Virus record (IMG/VR): IMGVR_UViG_3300021963_000029
Span: 96,001 to 160,000 of that record
Length of the DNA: 64,000 nt
Reading direction: 5' to 3' (one strand)
Origin: a virus
Part shown: positions 1 to 10,606 of the stretch, in pieces
How positions within the stretch are numbered: position 1 is the stretch's first letter
Layout of the letters: every line of letters begins with the position of its first letter
Translations under genes and position numbers: made by a program
Notes under the pieces: model-generated
Seen by the model: the letters and a program-made list of their open reading frames with translations, nothing else
Databases searched by the model: none
Told to the model about the DNA's origin: nothing

Positions 1-143
1 TGCAATGCAGCAGTTGTAATACTCTGCCAGGCAACTCTGCCATTTGCCCCACCAATAAGAAGTGAAGTTGCTGCTCCTACTTGATTAGTAGAATCATAAA
101 CAGGTCCAGTAATTCTTATTACTTCTCTTCCGTTATATCCCAT
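1..143 (-). CDS. partial (runs off window) virion fibre-like protein, MGYNGREVIRITGPVYDSTNQVGAATSLLIGGANGRVAW...
   Basis: Hand translation from ATG at 143. Contains the D-x-x-x-x-x-G...L-x-x-G...W linker also seen in the 690- and 907-aa fibres. Confidence 0.7.
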   Translation of the reverse strand, partial: MGYNGREVIRITGPVYDSTNQVGAATSLLIGGANGRVAWQSITTAAL

Positions 144-157
144 TTACAGAACCTCTA

Positions 158-490
158 TTATGTTTGTTCCAAAATACTTAATATCACATCCACAGAAGTA
201 GATGCACTAGAAGTAACTTGAATTAAATCTCCAGTTTCTAATACAATTTTATTTCCAGTATTAAATTCAAATGATGTTCCTGTTGGAAGTTCAATCCCCT
301 TTACAATGTAAACATCATTAGCACCAGCATCTGATTTGTTTAAAAATACATCAGCAGTTACTGTATTTGCAGTAGTATTTGCAATATTGAATCCAATTAA
401 AATTGTACTAGTTGCTGCTGGAACAGTGTAAACTGTAGATGGAGAAGTTCCAACATTAGATTTTGTTTTACTTTTAAATGTATTTGCCAT
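158..490 (-). CDS. small virion protein, adaptor-like (paralog 1 of 3)
   Basis: 110-aa ORF sharing a Y-T...(I/V)-x-N...L-x-L-E-x-G-D...S-I-L-E pattern with 2574..2915 and 10216..10599. Confidence 0.75.
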   Translation of the reverse strand: MANTFKSKTKSNVGTSPSTVYTVPAATSTILIGFNIANTTANTVTADVFLNKSDAGANDVYIVKGIELPTGTSFEFNTGNKIVLETGDLIQVTSSASTSVDVILSILEQT

Positions 491-496
491 CTTTTA

Positions 497-2569
497 TTAT
501 CCTAGAGCTATTGCAAGAGCAACTGCATCATTATTTGCAGTAAAGAGGATGCTTGTTCCATTCACTCTAACATCTGTTGAGCTATTTATTACACCTCCAA
601 CATCCAAGGTATATGCTGGGAATGCTGTATTGATTCCAACTGAAGTAATTCCACTTTGAGTGTAAGCAGTCAAGACAGTTCCACCAGTTCCAACATTTAA
701 TCTATTAATGGTGGATATTCCAGATACTGATAGATCAAAAATTCTTTGTGCTTGCTTTACAGTAACAACTCCAACATTAACTTCTAAATTAGCAGAATCA
801 AATGCAGCAATACCTTTTGTTACTGAAGTTGCTTGTACATGAGATTGAGAACTCAATCCCACAACTCTTCCATATTGATCAATTTGAACTACAGAGGTAA
901 ATGTATCGGTTAATGCTCCAGGAGTTGTATATGATCCAATTACCTGTGCTAAATCTATATCATCAGAATTAATTACAATTCTTGTGCTACTAGCTGTCCC
1001 AACATTAAAATCAGTGCCACTATCATATAGACCCAATCCTGCATTTTTTTGAGTTGGAGATGAAATTTGTGTAAACTCTAATGCACTAGTGCCAACTCCA
1101 ATTGCATAAGCATCTTTTGTAATTAGAGCAAATCCTTTTGCTGCTTCTCTAACACCACCAATAACAAAAGCAAAGTCTCCAGTTTCAATTTCACCAGTAG
1201 CATCATAATCTGGGGCTCTTGTTAATTCAAATCCAGTAGCACCACTTCCAACCCTAGTAACTTCATAGAATCCATTATGTGCTGCATTAGTTTGATTTTT
1301 AATTAAAATTCTCTCTCCAAGAGACAATGCGGTTTGATCAATTGATGTTGTTCCAACACCTACACCATATATCTTTGCTCCTTCCCCACTTAAACCATTA
1401 TCATAAGCACCGCCTATATTTTGAGTAGATGCAATTGATACTGCTTTTTGCACTTGGATACCTTGTGCAAAAGCATCTACATAAGATTTTGATGTTAATT
1501 CTGTAATTTGGAGAGGAATTGTTTGATTTACATAAACTCTGTCTGCAGTAATATCACTAGAAACTCCAACATTTCCTTTTACCTCTAGAGTTTTTGATAT
1601 AACTGATGTATTAATGCCTAATTTATTTGCATTATCATCATAATAAACTTGAGCACCTCCAAAATACCCTCCATTATTATATTGAAGTTGTCCATCAGTT
1701 CCTGCGGGATTTGTTGCAATAGAAACAGCAACCCCAACTCCACTTCCATCATCATATGCAGTTACACCAACACCAATAAAGTTTAATGTGGTTACACTAC
1801 CTGCAATTGCTACTATAGTCCCTTCATCTTTAACTGTAATGCCATTAAAGTTATTAACTGTAGCAATAGGAACCCAATCAATTCCAGTTCCAGTTGAGAT
1901 TAAAACTTCATTCTGGTTTCCAGGTTCTGCATTTCTATCATAAAGAATTCCAGAAATAAAAGCATTAGAGATTGTAGAAACGCCAGATACATTTAGTGAT
2001 GCTATCTTGGCATTTGATAATGTACTTACTCCAGTATAGTTTAATGTAGATCCACTTATATTTGTTACTATACCAACACCAGTTCTTACTGTTGAGCTGT
2101 ATATGTCAGAATAACTTAAGATGCCTCCTTGGAGAGTTTGTATAGTGCTGATTCCAAGGAAACTGAGCCCATTTCCAGCTAAAACTCCTACATATCCACT
2201 TGTATAAGTTAAATCTATTCCACTTAAATATGTAACAACTCCAACTTGAGCATTAACTCCTGAAAAATTGCCTGAATTGTAAGATAAAGTGGTTCCACTA
2301 ATGGTAGTTACTACACCACTTTGAATATATCCATTACTTGCATGAAGTGCAGTAACTATTCCAAGTTGTGAAGTTAAATTGCCAACTAAAACTCTTGCAG
2401 TAGTAACACCACTTACAAGTTGATCTCCAAAAACATGAATATCAGATTGGGCAATTGTGGTGCCAATGCCAACTTTACCACTAACTTCTAAAACTGTGCT
2501 GGTATCATTAAACCCAGACAGTCCAACTTTAATATTACGTTTTCTTCCTGATAGAAACTCTTCTGGCAT
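497..2569 (-). CDS. tail fibre / virion structural protein
   Basis: 690 aa, G/S/T/V-rich beta repeats, GITVKDEG...TTLNF motif, ends ALAIALG. Confidence 0.8.
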   Translation of the reverse strand: MPEEFLSGRKRNIKVGLSGFNDTSTVLEVSGKVGIGTTIAQSDIHVFGDQLVSGVTTARVLVGNLTSQLGIVTALHASNGYIQSGVVTTISGTTLSYNSGNFSGVNAQVGVVTYLSGIDLTYTSGYVGVLAGNGLSFLGISTIQTLQGGILSYSDIYSSTVRTGVGIVTNISGSTLNYTGVSTLSNAKIASLNVSGVSTISNAFISGILYDRNAEPGNQNEVLISTGTGIDWVPIATVNNFNGITVKDEGTIVAIAGSVTTLNFIGVGVTAYDDGSGVGVAVSIATNPAGTDGQLQYNNGGYFGGAQVYYDDNANKLGINTSVISKTLEVKGNVGVSSDITADRVYVNQTIPLQITELTSKSYVDAFAQGIQVQKAVSIASTQNIGGAYDNGLSGEGAKIYGVGVGTTSIDQTALSLGERILIKNQTNAAHNGFYEVTRVGSGATGFELTRAPDYDATGEIETGDFAFVIGGVREAAKGFALITKDAYAIGVGTSALEFTQISSPTQKNAGLGLYDSGTDFNVGTASSTRIVINSDDIDLAQVIGSYTTPGALTDTFTSVVQIDQYGRVVGLSSQSHVQATSVTKGIAAFDSANLEVNVGVVTVKQAQRIFDLSVSGISTINRLNVGTGGTVLTAYTQSGITSVGINTAFPAYTLDVGGVINSSTDVRVNGTSILFTANNDAVALAIALG

Positions 2570-2573
2570 TTAA

Positions 2574-2915
2574 TTACCTCTTGGCACTTTCTAATACACT
2601 GAGGACTATTTCCATTGTACCATCAACACTGCCTTGAATTTTAAATACATCACCAGTTTCTAAAATTAATCTCCCACTTAAAAGATTTACAGAATCATTA
2701 GGAGGAACTGGAGTTTGTTTAACTAACCTAGCATCAACACTACTTCTGGAGTGTGCAGCTGTAACTGTTGGAACTGATGATCCTGTGCCAACATTGCTTA
2801 CCTGAGCAAGTAGGACAATAGAAGCAACACCAGTGGGGGCAGTATAAATTCCAACATTAGAAGTTGTAATATTATGCCTGATGGTTAAAAACTTATTAAG
2901 TGCTATCTGTGCCAT
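2574..2915 (-). CDS. small virion protein, adaptor-like (paralog 2 of 3)
   Basis: 113 aa: IYTAP..IVLLAQVSN...GRLILETGD...SVLES. Confidence 0.75.
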   Translation of the reverse strand: MAQIALNKFLTIRHNITTSNVGIYTAPTGVASIVLLAQVSNVGTGSSVPTVTAAHSRSSVDARLVKQTPVPPNDSVNLLSGRLILETGDVFKIQGSVDGTMEIVLSVLESAKR

Positions 2916-2916
2916 A

Positions 2917-5172
2917 TTATCCTAACTGATCTAGGGCAATAATTAAGGGTGTTACTGTATTTAGAAGACTCTGATCAAAGTCTCTACCTGTGATAGTTCC
3001 TGTAAATTGGTTCACAGCAACCCCATCACCAATTCTAAAGTTTCCTGCTTGATCTGTGCTTGTATAAACTACAAGTCCACCATCTCTAAACACCACTTCA
3101 TTTTCTTGAATAGTTACACCACCTAAAGCAGGTTTTGCTGTAAAGATATTTGTTCCTGCCCCTACATATTCAAATGAAATTGTAGTTGCAATTTGTAAAC
3201 TTTGTCTATTAAAATAAACTGTGGTCCCAGCACCAACTTCAAAATCTAATACAGTTTTTAATGTTACTGTGCTTACTCCTGCTGATGGCAAAGTGGCACT
3301 TTCCACATAGTAGTAAATTGGTTGAAGAACTGCTGTAGCTGAGGCACTTCCAGTTCCTGCAATAGAAACATTTGGAGGTGATTCAAATTCATACTGTGAT
3401 CCTGTTGCAATAACACTGATTCCAGTGATCTTTCCATCTGGGGAAACATCTGCTGCTGCTTCTGCTCTAATACCTGATGGTCCAGTAGGAGCATCTATTG
3501 TAATAACTGGGGGGGAGTTTGGATTATAATCCCCAATATCTCCTGGGTTATCAATAATAATGGAATCTAAGTTGTAATATAATTTTCCAAAATATAATGC
3601 TTGTCCATCATAAGGTCTATATGTTCCCACACCAGAAACAACCACAGTATCAGTTTCCTCTGCTGAAGTTGTAGTAATTTCTCCTGTCATTCTATAAACT
3701 GATCCAGAATCAGTTCCTCCAACTCCAATAGATACTAATCCTTTATTTCCAAATGAAGAGTTTGAGTTTGTAATGTCACATTGCCCACCATTTCCAGTGT
3801 AAATTGCAATATCATCACAAATAGTAAAGATAGAAACTAACTGTGCATATGCTCCATTTGTAATAGAAACTCCAATGCCCCCCTGATTGTATTGAGTAAA
3901 TGAATCAACTGACATTGTGCCAGTTACGCCAATATCATCTTGATCTCCAGGTTCAGCATGAAACCCATCTACTTTCATTCCAATACTATTTGCAATGAAA
4001 TTAGTACAGTTTCTAATGTAAGGTCCTTGAGTTATAGGACCAACACCTGGAGAAAAAGATGCATCATTGGGAGCAGTTGTACCTGCTCCACTATTTCCTG
4101 GGTAGGTAGTATTAATGCCAGCACCAAGGATACTTAATCCATTTTTAATAATAGAAGTTACAACACCAACACAAGAGTAAATTGCAGAAACTACATTAGC
4201 ACAATTATCTAAAGATACCCCAAACCCAGTTGATGGATCTGGTTGAATACTTAAATCTCTGACTTGAGTGTATTCATTCTGATAATTCCCTGTCCAAGGA
4301 ACATTATTAATACAAGATTTTGCTATCCCAGCAGCATAGTAAATAGCATCTATAGTTTCTGTTTTTACTCCAACAATGTGTTGTAGTGCACCTGCTTGTG
4401 TGTAATAAGATTTTCCTGCTCCAACACACTTGGAGTTTCCTCCTCTAGTTATGTCATGACATACTGCTTTAAAAATTGATTTAATGTCCTCAGCACATTG
4501 CCTTGAAGTAGAAAACCCCATAGAGAATGGAGTCATAGCTGAGGGGGATGAAAAATATACGCCACTAGTCAAAAATCCTACTGTTTCACTTGCAATATAA
4601 TCAAGATTCATCCTGATCATTCTTGCAGCATCAAAAAATCTATCTGATGCAACTCCTGATAGAGGTTGAAATGCTATAACAGCAGATCCATTAGTCATTC
4701 CAGGTCCAACAAAACTTAAATTTGTTACATGGACAGCATTATTGACATGAAATAAATCTTTATCAGTATTTTGGGGAGTTACTTGACAATTTCTAAGTTC
4801 AGTTCCCTGAACTACTACATTAGTAGGCAAGATTACTGGATTATTCTCTACATAATATCCAGGATATACTTTAATAGTATCTCCAGACAGTGCTATAGAT
4901 GCAGCAGCTCCAATAGTTGCTTTAGCATCATTCAAAGACAATCCAGTATTGAAATTATTGCCGTTCTTATTGACAAATATAGTTTTTCCTACTGATGATC
5001 CAGCACCAACTTCAATAACTCTTGTTCCTACTCCTACTCCACCTTGATCTTGTTTGATGAATAATTTTCCATCATAAAAGTTTACTGCAAGTTCTCCAGC
5101 TTGGAGTTGATCAATAGTAGGTTTTTTTGCAGGAACAGAAGATCTTCTTATCCTGATTTTAGGATCTGCCAT
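2917..5172 (-). CDS. tail fibre with Mtd-N-like N-terminus and pectin-lyase-like beta-helix
   Basis: 751 aa: KIRIRRS...GELAVN..DGKLF N-terminus, GDTIKVYPGYYVE, PYIRNCTNF. Paralogous to 10607..15079. Confidence 0.8.
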   Translation of the reverse strand: MADPKIRIRRSSVPAKKPTIDQLQAGELAVNFYDGKLFIKQDQGGVGVGTRVIEVGAGSSVGKTIFVNKNGNNFNTGLSLNDAKATIGAAASIALSGDTIKVYPGYYVENNPVILPTNVVVQGTELRNCQVTPQNTDKDLFHVNNAVHVTNLSFVGPGMTNGSAVIAFQPLSGVASDRFFDAARMIRMNLDYIASETVGFLTSGVYFSSPSAMTPFSMGFSTSRQCAEDIKSIFKAVCHDITRGGNSKCVGAGKSYYTQAGALQHIVGVKTETIDAIYYAAGIAKSCINNVPWTGNYQNEYTQVRDLSIQPDPSTGFGVSLDNCANVVSAIYSCVGVVTSIIKNGLSILGAGINTTYPGNSGAGTTAPNDASFSPGVGPITQGPYIRNCTNFIANSIGMKVDGFHAEPGDQDDIGVTGTMSVDSFTQYNQGGIGVSITNGAYAQLVSIFTICDDIAIYTGNGGQCDITNSNSSFGNKGLVSIGVGGTDSGSVYRMTGEITTTSAEETDTVVVSGVGTYRPYDGQALYFGKLYYNLDSIIIDNPGDIGDYNPNSPPVITIDAPTGPSGIRAEAAADVSPDGKITGISVIATGSQYEFESPPNVSIAGTGSASATAVLQPIYYYVESATLPSAGVSTVTLKTVLDFEVGAGTTVYFNRQSLQIATTISFEYVGAGTNIFTAKPALGGVTIQENEVVFRDGGLVVYTSTDQAGNFRIGDGVAVNQFTGTITGRDFDQSLLNTVTPLIIALDQLG

Positions 5173-5220
5173 ATATTGAAGTGGTATATACCTTGATCCT
5201 GATATATATCAGGTTTCTTT

Positions 5221-5226
5221 TATTTA
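5221..5226 (-). promoter_or_regulatory. T4-type late promoter box TAAATA
   Basis: The same box recurs at gene boundaries: 6823, 7490, 15106, 20476, 31555, 39808, 41598, 56569, 58297, 59684 (minus) and 32420, 51357, 51800, 53115, 53965 (plus). gp33 is encoded in the window. Confidence 0.7.
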
Positions 5227-5406
5227 GTCGAAGGAATCTGACTCAGATTCTTCTTCCTCTTCTAATTTTTTTATTTTCTCAGTTAAATCTACAATCACAT
5301 TGTTCAACGCATTTAACTTTGCTTCATACACAATGTTTTGATTAATTAATTCTGCTACTTTTTTTTGATAAGATGCCAATAATGCATTATAATCAATATC
5401 AACCAC
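5224..5406 (-). CDS. small coiled-coil protein
   Basis: 60-aa ORF with heptad pattern and acidic tail, translationally coupled to the upstream gene. Confidence 0.7.
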   Translation of the reverse strand: MVDIDYNALLASYQKKVAELINQNIVYEAKLNALNNVIVDLTEKIKKLEEEEESESDSFD

Positions 5407-6803
5407 TAAAATGAGCCTCCATCTACTGTAATGTTATTTAAGAATCTTTCTGAACCAACACAAGAAACTAGTTGAGATTGTCCTGCACAATCATTTATCC
5501 AAAGATCTGCAATTTCTAAAGAACCATAAGAGTTAATAGTTAAAACACTACTAGTCTCTGATACATCTTTTGCTAGAACAATTCTTTGAGCACTGTCATC
5601 CCAGAAAACAGCAGCTTTCTTTGCAGTTCCTTGATACCAGTGCATTAAAAGACCAACATCAATATTTAAATCTGATGTTGGAGTTCCAAGAAGACCACCA
5701 CTATTTACAAGACCAACTTCAATCATGCTGTCTTCAACTTTCATTGTCTCAGCATTTACTTCAACTGTAGTTCCAAGAACATACAGATTTCCATTAACTG
5801 TTAAATCCTGAGAAGCATTAATATTGTTACTAAATGTAGATACTCCAGAAACTAAAAGACTTGTTTGAAGTCTTGTACTTCCACCAACATCAAGAGCATA
5901 AATGCCACCTAAAGCTGGATTATCTACAACTACTCCATTTTGGAATGTTGAAATACCAGTTGCTTTGAGTTGGGTTACTCTTGTAAACCCTTCAATATCT
6001 GCCCCATTATTAACATCTAAAAATCCACCTACTGTAGCACCAGCACTAACATTAAGGTTTTGTGTATAAATTCCTCTCCAATTTTTAGCAGTATCTCCAA
6101 GATCATATGCATTAGTAGTTGATGGTCCTACATTAGATGCGAACTCTCCTCCAATAATAATATCATCATTAGGACTATCTCCAATATTAATTGTTCCCCC
6201 TTCAAATCTAACTTCACCTACAAAAGTAGAAACGCCAGAAACTTTTAAGTTACCTCCAATATTAACGCTTTTCTCTACACCAATACCTCCTTCAACCACT
6301 AAAGATCCATTGTCTTTGGTTGTTGAATCTGTAATATCAGAAATATATGCAGAATTTGTAACAGTTACAAAACCTACAGTTAAATTATCAACATCTAAGT
6401 TTGTAAATTCATTGGACCAACTTAAAATTCCACCAGAATCAGATTTTAAAAATGCTCCATCAACCGGTGCTGCTGGAAATGTATACTGAACATTAGAATC
6501 TAAACTATTTGGAGAAGCAAGAGTGACATAATTTGTTCCACTAGAAGTTGCTTCTACTAAATTAACTCCAGATCCACTAAGACTTGTTTCTTTTGACCAA
6601 TATCTAGAAGATCCAAAAAATTTATTATCAGGAGCAGTAATTAATGCAGAAGTTATAGTATTAATTCCAAGGGTTATAGTTGCACCAGTCCCCACATAAA
6701 AGTCATACTTGTCAGTAGTAAACCCAGGTTCCCCTGCTTTCAGTGAGGTTATACCAATATTAGATGCAGGGCCTCTTTTTATTTGTAAAATAGCAGAAGC
6801 CAT
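5406..6803 (-). CDS. virion structural / fibre protein with Mtd-N-like N-terminus
   Basis: 465 aa: LQIKRG...GEPGFTTD N-terminus followed by beta-helix-like repeats. Confidence 0.75.
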   Translation of the reverse strand: MASAILQIKRGPASNIGITSLKAGEPGFTTDKYDFYVGTGATITLGINTITSALITAPDNKFFGSSRYWSKETSLSGSGVNLVEATSSGTNYVTLASPNSLDSNVQYTFPAAPVDGAFLKSDSGGILSWSNEFTNLDVDNLTVGFVTVTNSAYISDITDSTTKDNGSLVVEGGIGVEKSVNIGGNLKVSGVSTFVGEVRFEGGTINIGDSPNDDIIIGGEFASNVGPSTTNAYDLGDTAKNWRGIYTQNLNVSAGATVGGFLDVNNGADIEGFTRVTQLKATGISTFQNGVVVDNPALGGIYALDVGGSTRLQTSLLVSGVSTFSNNINASQDLTVNGNLYVLGTTVEVNAETMKVEDSMIEVGLVNSGGLLGTPTSDLNIDVGLLMHWYQGTAKKAAVFWDDSAQRIVLAKDVSETSSVLTINSYGSLEIADLWINDCAGQSQLVSCVGSERFLNNITVDGGSF

Positions 6804-6828
6804 AGTTATTCCTTGTTTTTATTATTTA

Positions 6829-7137
6829 TTAAAAGGACCCACCGTCCAAATCTATATTAGCAATTCTATTTGGGTCTGTGTCTAATGCATTAATAAATTG
6901 AACTGGCAAACCATCTCCAGCAGACGACATTGATTGTACTGTAGATGCTGCTGATACTAACACATCATCTGGATCTACAAATTGAAATTTCTGAGTTGAT
7001 GCATCATATGCTAAAAGGTAATTAAAAGATGTGCTTGTAATACCTGTTGGGTTTACATCAACTAAGTCTACTAATTTGTTGGCCACGTTAGATAAAACCT
7101 CTACTTCTGTGGTTGATGTTAGATTAACCTCTATCAT
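6829..7137 (-). CDS. hypothetical virion protein
   Basis: 102 aa. Ends LDGGSF like the neighbouring 465-aa protein (VDGGSF). Confidence 0.65.
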   Translation of the reverse strand: MIEVNLTSTTEVEVLSNVANKLVDLVDVNPTGITSTSFNYLLAYDASTQKFQFVDPDDVLVSAASTVQSMSSAGDGLPVQFINALDTDPNRIANIDLDGGSF

Positions 7138-7471
7138 TAGAAGATGATCCTCTTACTAAAACATTTCCTTCTAATACTTTGGTTTTAATGTTAGTTGATG
7201 GAGTTATAGAAATCAAATCAAAAACATGTCTACCAATAGGCAATTCAGTGGTGACTGAATTATGCAATTCAAGTTTAACAATACCATCTGCAGCTGGAGA
7301 TAAAATAGTTGTACTAAATCCATACCCAACTGGAGAATTATAATGCTTTCTCATTACGCATGAGAAAGCATAACCAGTTAAATTGACAACAGAACCATCA
7401 GTTTTTATTTTTATAGCTGTAGAAAAATCAGTTCCTTTATCTATGATAAAATTTACTGCTGCTACTGCCAT
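7124..7471 (-). CDS. BppU-N-like beta-sandwich baseplate/fibre adaptor
   Basis: 115 aa: NFIIDKGTDF...VNLTGY...MRK...GRHVFDL...KVLEG. Paralog of 53995..54333. Confidence 0.65.
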   Translation of the reverse strand: MAVAAVNFIIDKGTDFSTAIKIKTDGSVVNLTGYAFSCVMRKHYNSPVGYGFSTTILSPAADGIVKLELHNSVTTELPIGRHVFDLISITPSTNIKTKVLEGNVLVRGSSSNDRG

Positions 7472-7492
7472 TTTATATGCACTTTATTTTAT

Positions 7493-10216
7493 TTAGATTA
7501 TCTTCCATTCTGCTCCACTAACCACTGTGACTGTAATTCCATTGTTAATTGTTATAGGTCCTATACTTGCCTCATTATAAGTAGTATTAACAGTATAATC
7601 ACTTGCCACAGTTGTAGAATTTCTAAAGAAAGGAACAGTTGTTAATGTTAAACTGCCAGCACAAGTTAATGGTCCACCAAAAGATAATTCTCCAGTTCCA
7701 GGATTGAATGCAAATGCAGTAGAACTTGTTCTAACTCTTGGGGTCGCATCTACACCTGCTTGACTGACAAATACTGGATAGTATGTGCCAGAAGATGTAG
7801 TGTTTGTTGCATTAACCACATTAGATGGTCCTGGAGCACCTTGGAATCCTTGGAAACCTTGAGGTCCTTGAGGTCCAATAGCACCTGTAGTTCCTTGAGT
7901 TCCATTTACACCTTGTACACCTTGAGCACCTTGAACACCTTGATACCCTTGGAAACCTTGTGGTCCTTGTGGTCCTCTTGGTCCTTGTGGTCCAATAGGA
8001 CCAGCAGTTCCTTGTGTTCCTGATGTGCCAGGAGATCCTTGAGCACCTTGAGGTCCTACAGGTCCTTGTGGTCCTTGAGCACCTTGTGATCCTTGTGGTC
8101 CCCTTTCTCCTTGAGGTCCAATTGGTCCTTGTGGACCTTGGAAACCTTGTGGACCTTGTACGCCTTGAGGACCTGTATTACCTTGAGGTCCATATGGTCC
8201 CTGAGGTCCTTGAGCACCTTGTGATCCTTGTGGTCCTGCATTACCTTGAGGTCCATATCCTTGAGGTCCAATAGCACCTTGGATGCCCTGATTGCCAGTT
8301 GTTCCTTGTGGTCCAATTGATCCCTGAGGTCCAATAAATCCTTGAGGACCTTGTACTCCTTGTGGTCCTCTATCACCAGTAAATCCTTGTGATCCTTGGG
8401 GACCTTGGAAACCTTGTGGTCCTTGAACTCCTTGTGGTCCTTGGAAACCTTGTGGTCCTCTAAATCCTTGTGGTCCTTGGAAACCTTGTGGGCCAGTAAT
8501 GTATCCAGCATCAACATAAGAACTTCCATTACAAACATATAAGTGACCATCTGCAGTTACGATATATGCATCTCCAACAGTAGTTCCATCGCAAGTTGGT
8601 AAAGCACCAACTGTTGGATATGTACCTTTAATGTTAATTGCAGTTCCTGGAGCTCCTTGTGGTCCTTGGAACCCCTGTGGTCCTTGAGGTCCAATAGGTC
8701 CTTGTGGACCTATTTCTCCTTGTGGACCATATCCCTGTGGACCTTGGAATCCTTGTGGTCCTCTAATGCCTTGAGGTCCTTGAGGTCCAAGATTTCCTTG
8801 TGGTCCTTGGAAACCTTGTGGTCCTTGTGGTCCTCTAAATCCTTGTGGACCTTGGAAACCTTGAGCACCTTGTGGTCCAAGTGCACCTTGTGGTCCAATT
8901 TCACCTTGAGGACCTTGGAAACCTTGTGATCCTTGTGGTCCTAAGTTTCCTTGGAAACCTTGTGGACCTTGAACACCTTGAGGTCCTTTTTGTCCAACTT
9001 CACCTGCTAAACCCTGTGATCCTTGTGGTCCTTGAACGCCCTGAGGTCCTTGGAAACCTTGTGGTCCTTGGAAACCTTGTGGTCCAATAAATCCTTGAGC
9101 ACCTTGAACTCCTTGGAAACCTTGTGATCCTTGTGGTCCTTGGAAACCTTGTGGTCCTTGGAAACCTTGTGGTCCTTGGAAACCTTGAGCACCTTGTGGT
9201 CCTTGGAAACCTTGGAAACCTTGGAATCCTTGTGGTCCTCTAACACCTTGAGGACCTATTTCTCCTTGAGGTCCAATATTTCCTTGAGGTCCTTGGAAAC
9301 CTTGTGGTCCAACACCCTGTGGTCCTTGGAAACCTTGAGGTCCCTGTACACCTTGAGGTCCTCTTTCTCCTTGTGGTCCAATAAATCCTTGAGCACCTTG
9401 AACTCCTTGGAAACCTTGTGGTCCTCTAGATCCTTGTGGTCCTTGGAAACCTTGTGGTCCTTGTGGTCCAATAGGTCCTTGTGGTCCTTGTGATCCTTGG
9501 GGTCCTCTAAATCCCTGTGCACCTTGGAATCCTTGGAAACCTTGAGGTCCTTGAGGTCCTAAACCACCAGCAACATTAGTCCAAGTAAATCCTGCTCCTG
9601 GACCTAATGAGGTTAAGACTTTTGGAAATGTTCCTACATCTCCTGCATAGTTAGCAAGATCTCCAGAAAATCTTACTGTGGTTACACCAATATCAACACC
9701 AACAGTTGGATTTGTGCTTCCAATACCTAATCTGTTAGTGCCGGGAATGAAAACTAAAGAATTTGGTTTAATATCAAAAGCAGTTACAACACCTGGAGCT
9801 CTTTGACTTGTAAACCCAATGTAATATAAATTAGAATCAGCAGGTTCATTTGCTTGAATTGAAGCAGTAATGATAACTGTTGCAATTCCAGCACCACCAG
9901 GAGGAACTGGAACAACAGTTACACCAGAACCAACAAAGTTAATTGTGGTAATAGAACCTGCAAGACCTACAATGGTCCCTTCATCTCTAACTGTAATACC
10001 TCTATCAATAACACCAGGAGGCAACTGTTGCCAATATCTTCTTCCTGGAGCAGTATCTACAGAAATAAGAATATATTGTTGTCCAATAGGAGGACTATCA
10101 CCAGGAGGATCCCCCAAATTAGGTTCAGCTTGATTTAACCCAAGATATTGATATCTATCAGCTGTTAATCTTTCTTGAGGGAGCTTTATAACCCTGCGAC
10201 TAAGATACTTTGCCAT
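7493..10216 (-). CDS. collagen-like tail fibre protein
   Basis: 907 aa with two long Gly-X-Gln tracts split by a ~50-aa globular insert. Confidence 0.9.
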   Translation of the reverse strand: MAKYLSRRVIKLPQERLTADRYQYLGLNQAEPNLGDPPGDSPPIGQQYILISVDTAPGRRYWQQLPPGVIDRGITVRDEGTIVGLAGSITTINFVGSGVTVVPVPPGGAGIATVIITASIQANEPADSNLYYIGFTSQRAPGVVTAFDIKPNSLVFIPGTNRLGIGSTNPTVGVDIGVTTVRFSGDLANYAGDVGTFPKVLTSLGPGAGFTWTNVAGGLGPQGPQGFQGFQGAQGFRGPQGSQGPQGPIGPQGPQGFQGPQGSRGPQGFQGVQGAQGFIGPQGERGPQGVQGPQGFQGPQGVGPQGFQGPQGNIGPQGEIGPQGVRGPQGFQGFQGFQGPQGAQGFQGPQGFQGPQGFQGPQGSQGFQGVQGAQGFIGPQGFQGPQGFQGPQGVQGPQGSQGLAGEVGQKGPQGVQGPQGFQGNLGPQGSQGFQGPQGEIGPQGALGPQGAQGFQGPQGFRGPQGPQGFQGPQGNLGPQGPQGIRGPQGFQGPQGYGPQGEIGPQGPIGPQGPQGFQGPQGAPGTAINIKGTYPTVGALPTCDGTTVGDAYIVTADGHLYVCNGSSYVDAGYITGPQGFQGPQGFRGPQGFQGPQGVQGPQGFQGPQGSQGFTGDRGPQGVQGPQGFIGPQGSIGPQGTTGNQGIQGAIGPQGYGPQGNAGPQGSQGAQGPQGPYGPQGNTGPQGVQGPQGFQGPQGPIGPQGERGPQGSQGAQGPQGPVGPQGAQGSPGTSGTQGTAGPIGPQGPRGPQGPQGFQGYQGVQGAQGVQGVNGTQGTTGAIGPQGPQGFQGFQGAPGPSNVVNATNTTSSGTYYPVFVSQAGVDATPRVRTSSTAFAFNPGTGELSFGGPLTCAGSLTLTTVPFFRNSTTVASDYTVNTTYNEASIGPITINNGITVTVVSGAEWKII
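7830..9562 (-). repeat. 9-nt-period tandem repeats encoding (G-X-Q)n
   Basis: Repeated ggtccttgt / ggaaaccttg units on the + strand, interrupted at about 8490-8645. Confidence 0.9.
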
Positions 10217-10599
10217 TATTGATTAAGAGTCTCCAGGATGCTTACAGTATACTTGAGATGATTTGGTGTAGAAGTTGAGATTCCACTCATCACAATTGCA
10301 TCAGATTTTAATGCAGTTCTTTCTAAAACAAGTCTACCTTCAAGAAGAACAAGAGCATCATTTTCTGGAACTAAACCACCTTTGATTAATTCATTATAAT
10401 CTGTGCTAACCCCAGCCTGACTTCTATTTGTTCTCTTGTGTGAAAATGTTACTGTACCAATTCCACTTCCAGTATTAGCAACCTGAGCATATAGAACAAT
10501 GCTTGTGTAACCTGTTCTGGTAGTGTAGATTTCAGTATTTTCAGTAGTGCTGACAATGCCAGTTACTGTTTTGTATGTATTTAGTGGTTGTTGTGCCAT
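10216..10599 (-). CDS. small virion protein, adaptor-like (paralog 3 of 3)
   Basis: 127 aa: IYTT..SIVLYAQVAN...GRLVLE...SILET. Confidence 0.75.
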   Translation of the reverse strand: MAQQPLNTYKTVTGIVSTTENTEIYTTRTGYTSIVLYAQVANTGSGIGTVTFSHKRTNRSQAGVSTDYNELIKGGLVPENDALVLLEGRLVLERTALKSDAIVMSGISTSTPNHLKYTVSILETLNQ

Positions 10600-10606
10600 C
10601 TAATTT

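Noticed and set aside
7760-9522. Many alternative-frame and antisense ORFs over the collagen gene (DHKV..., LETLWS... repeats)
   Set aside because: Shadow ORFs produced by the stop-poor 9-nt repeat; no SD or independent signal.
7830-9562. Possible CRISPR array
   Set aside because: Repeats are in-frame 9-mers without unique spacers; no cas genes.
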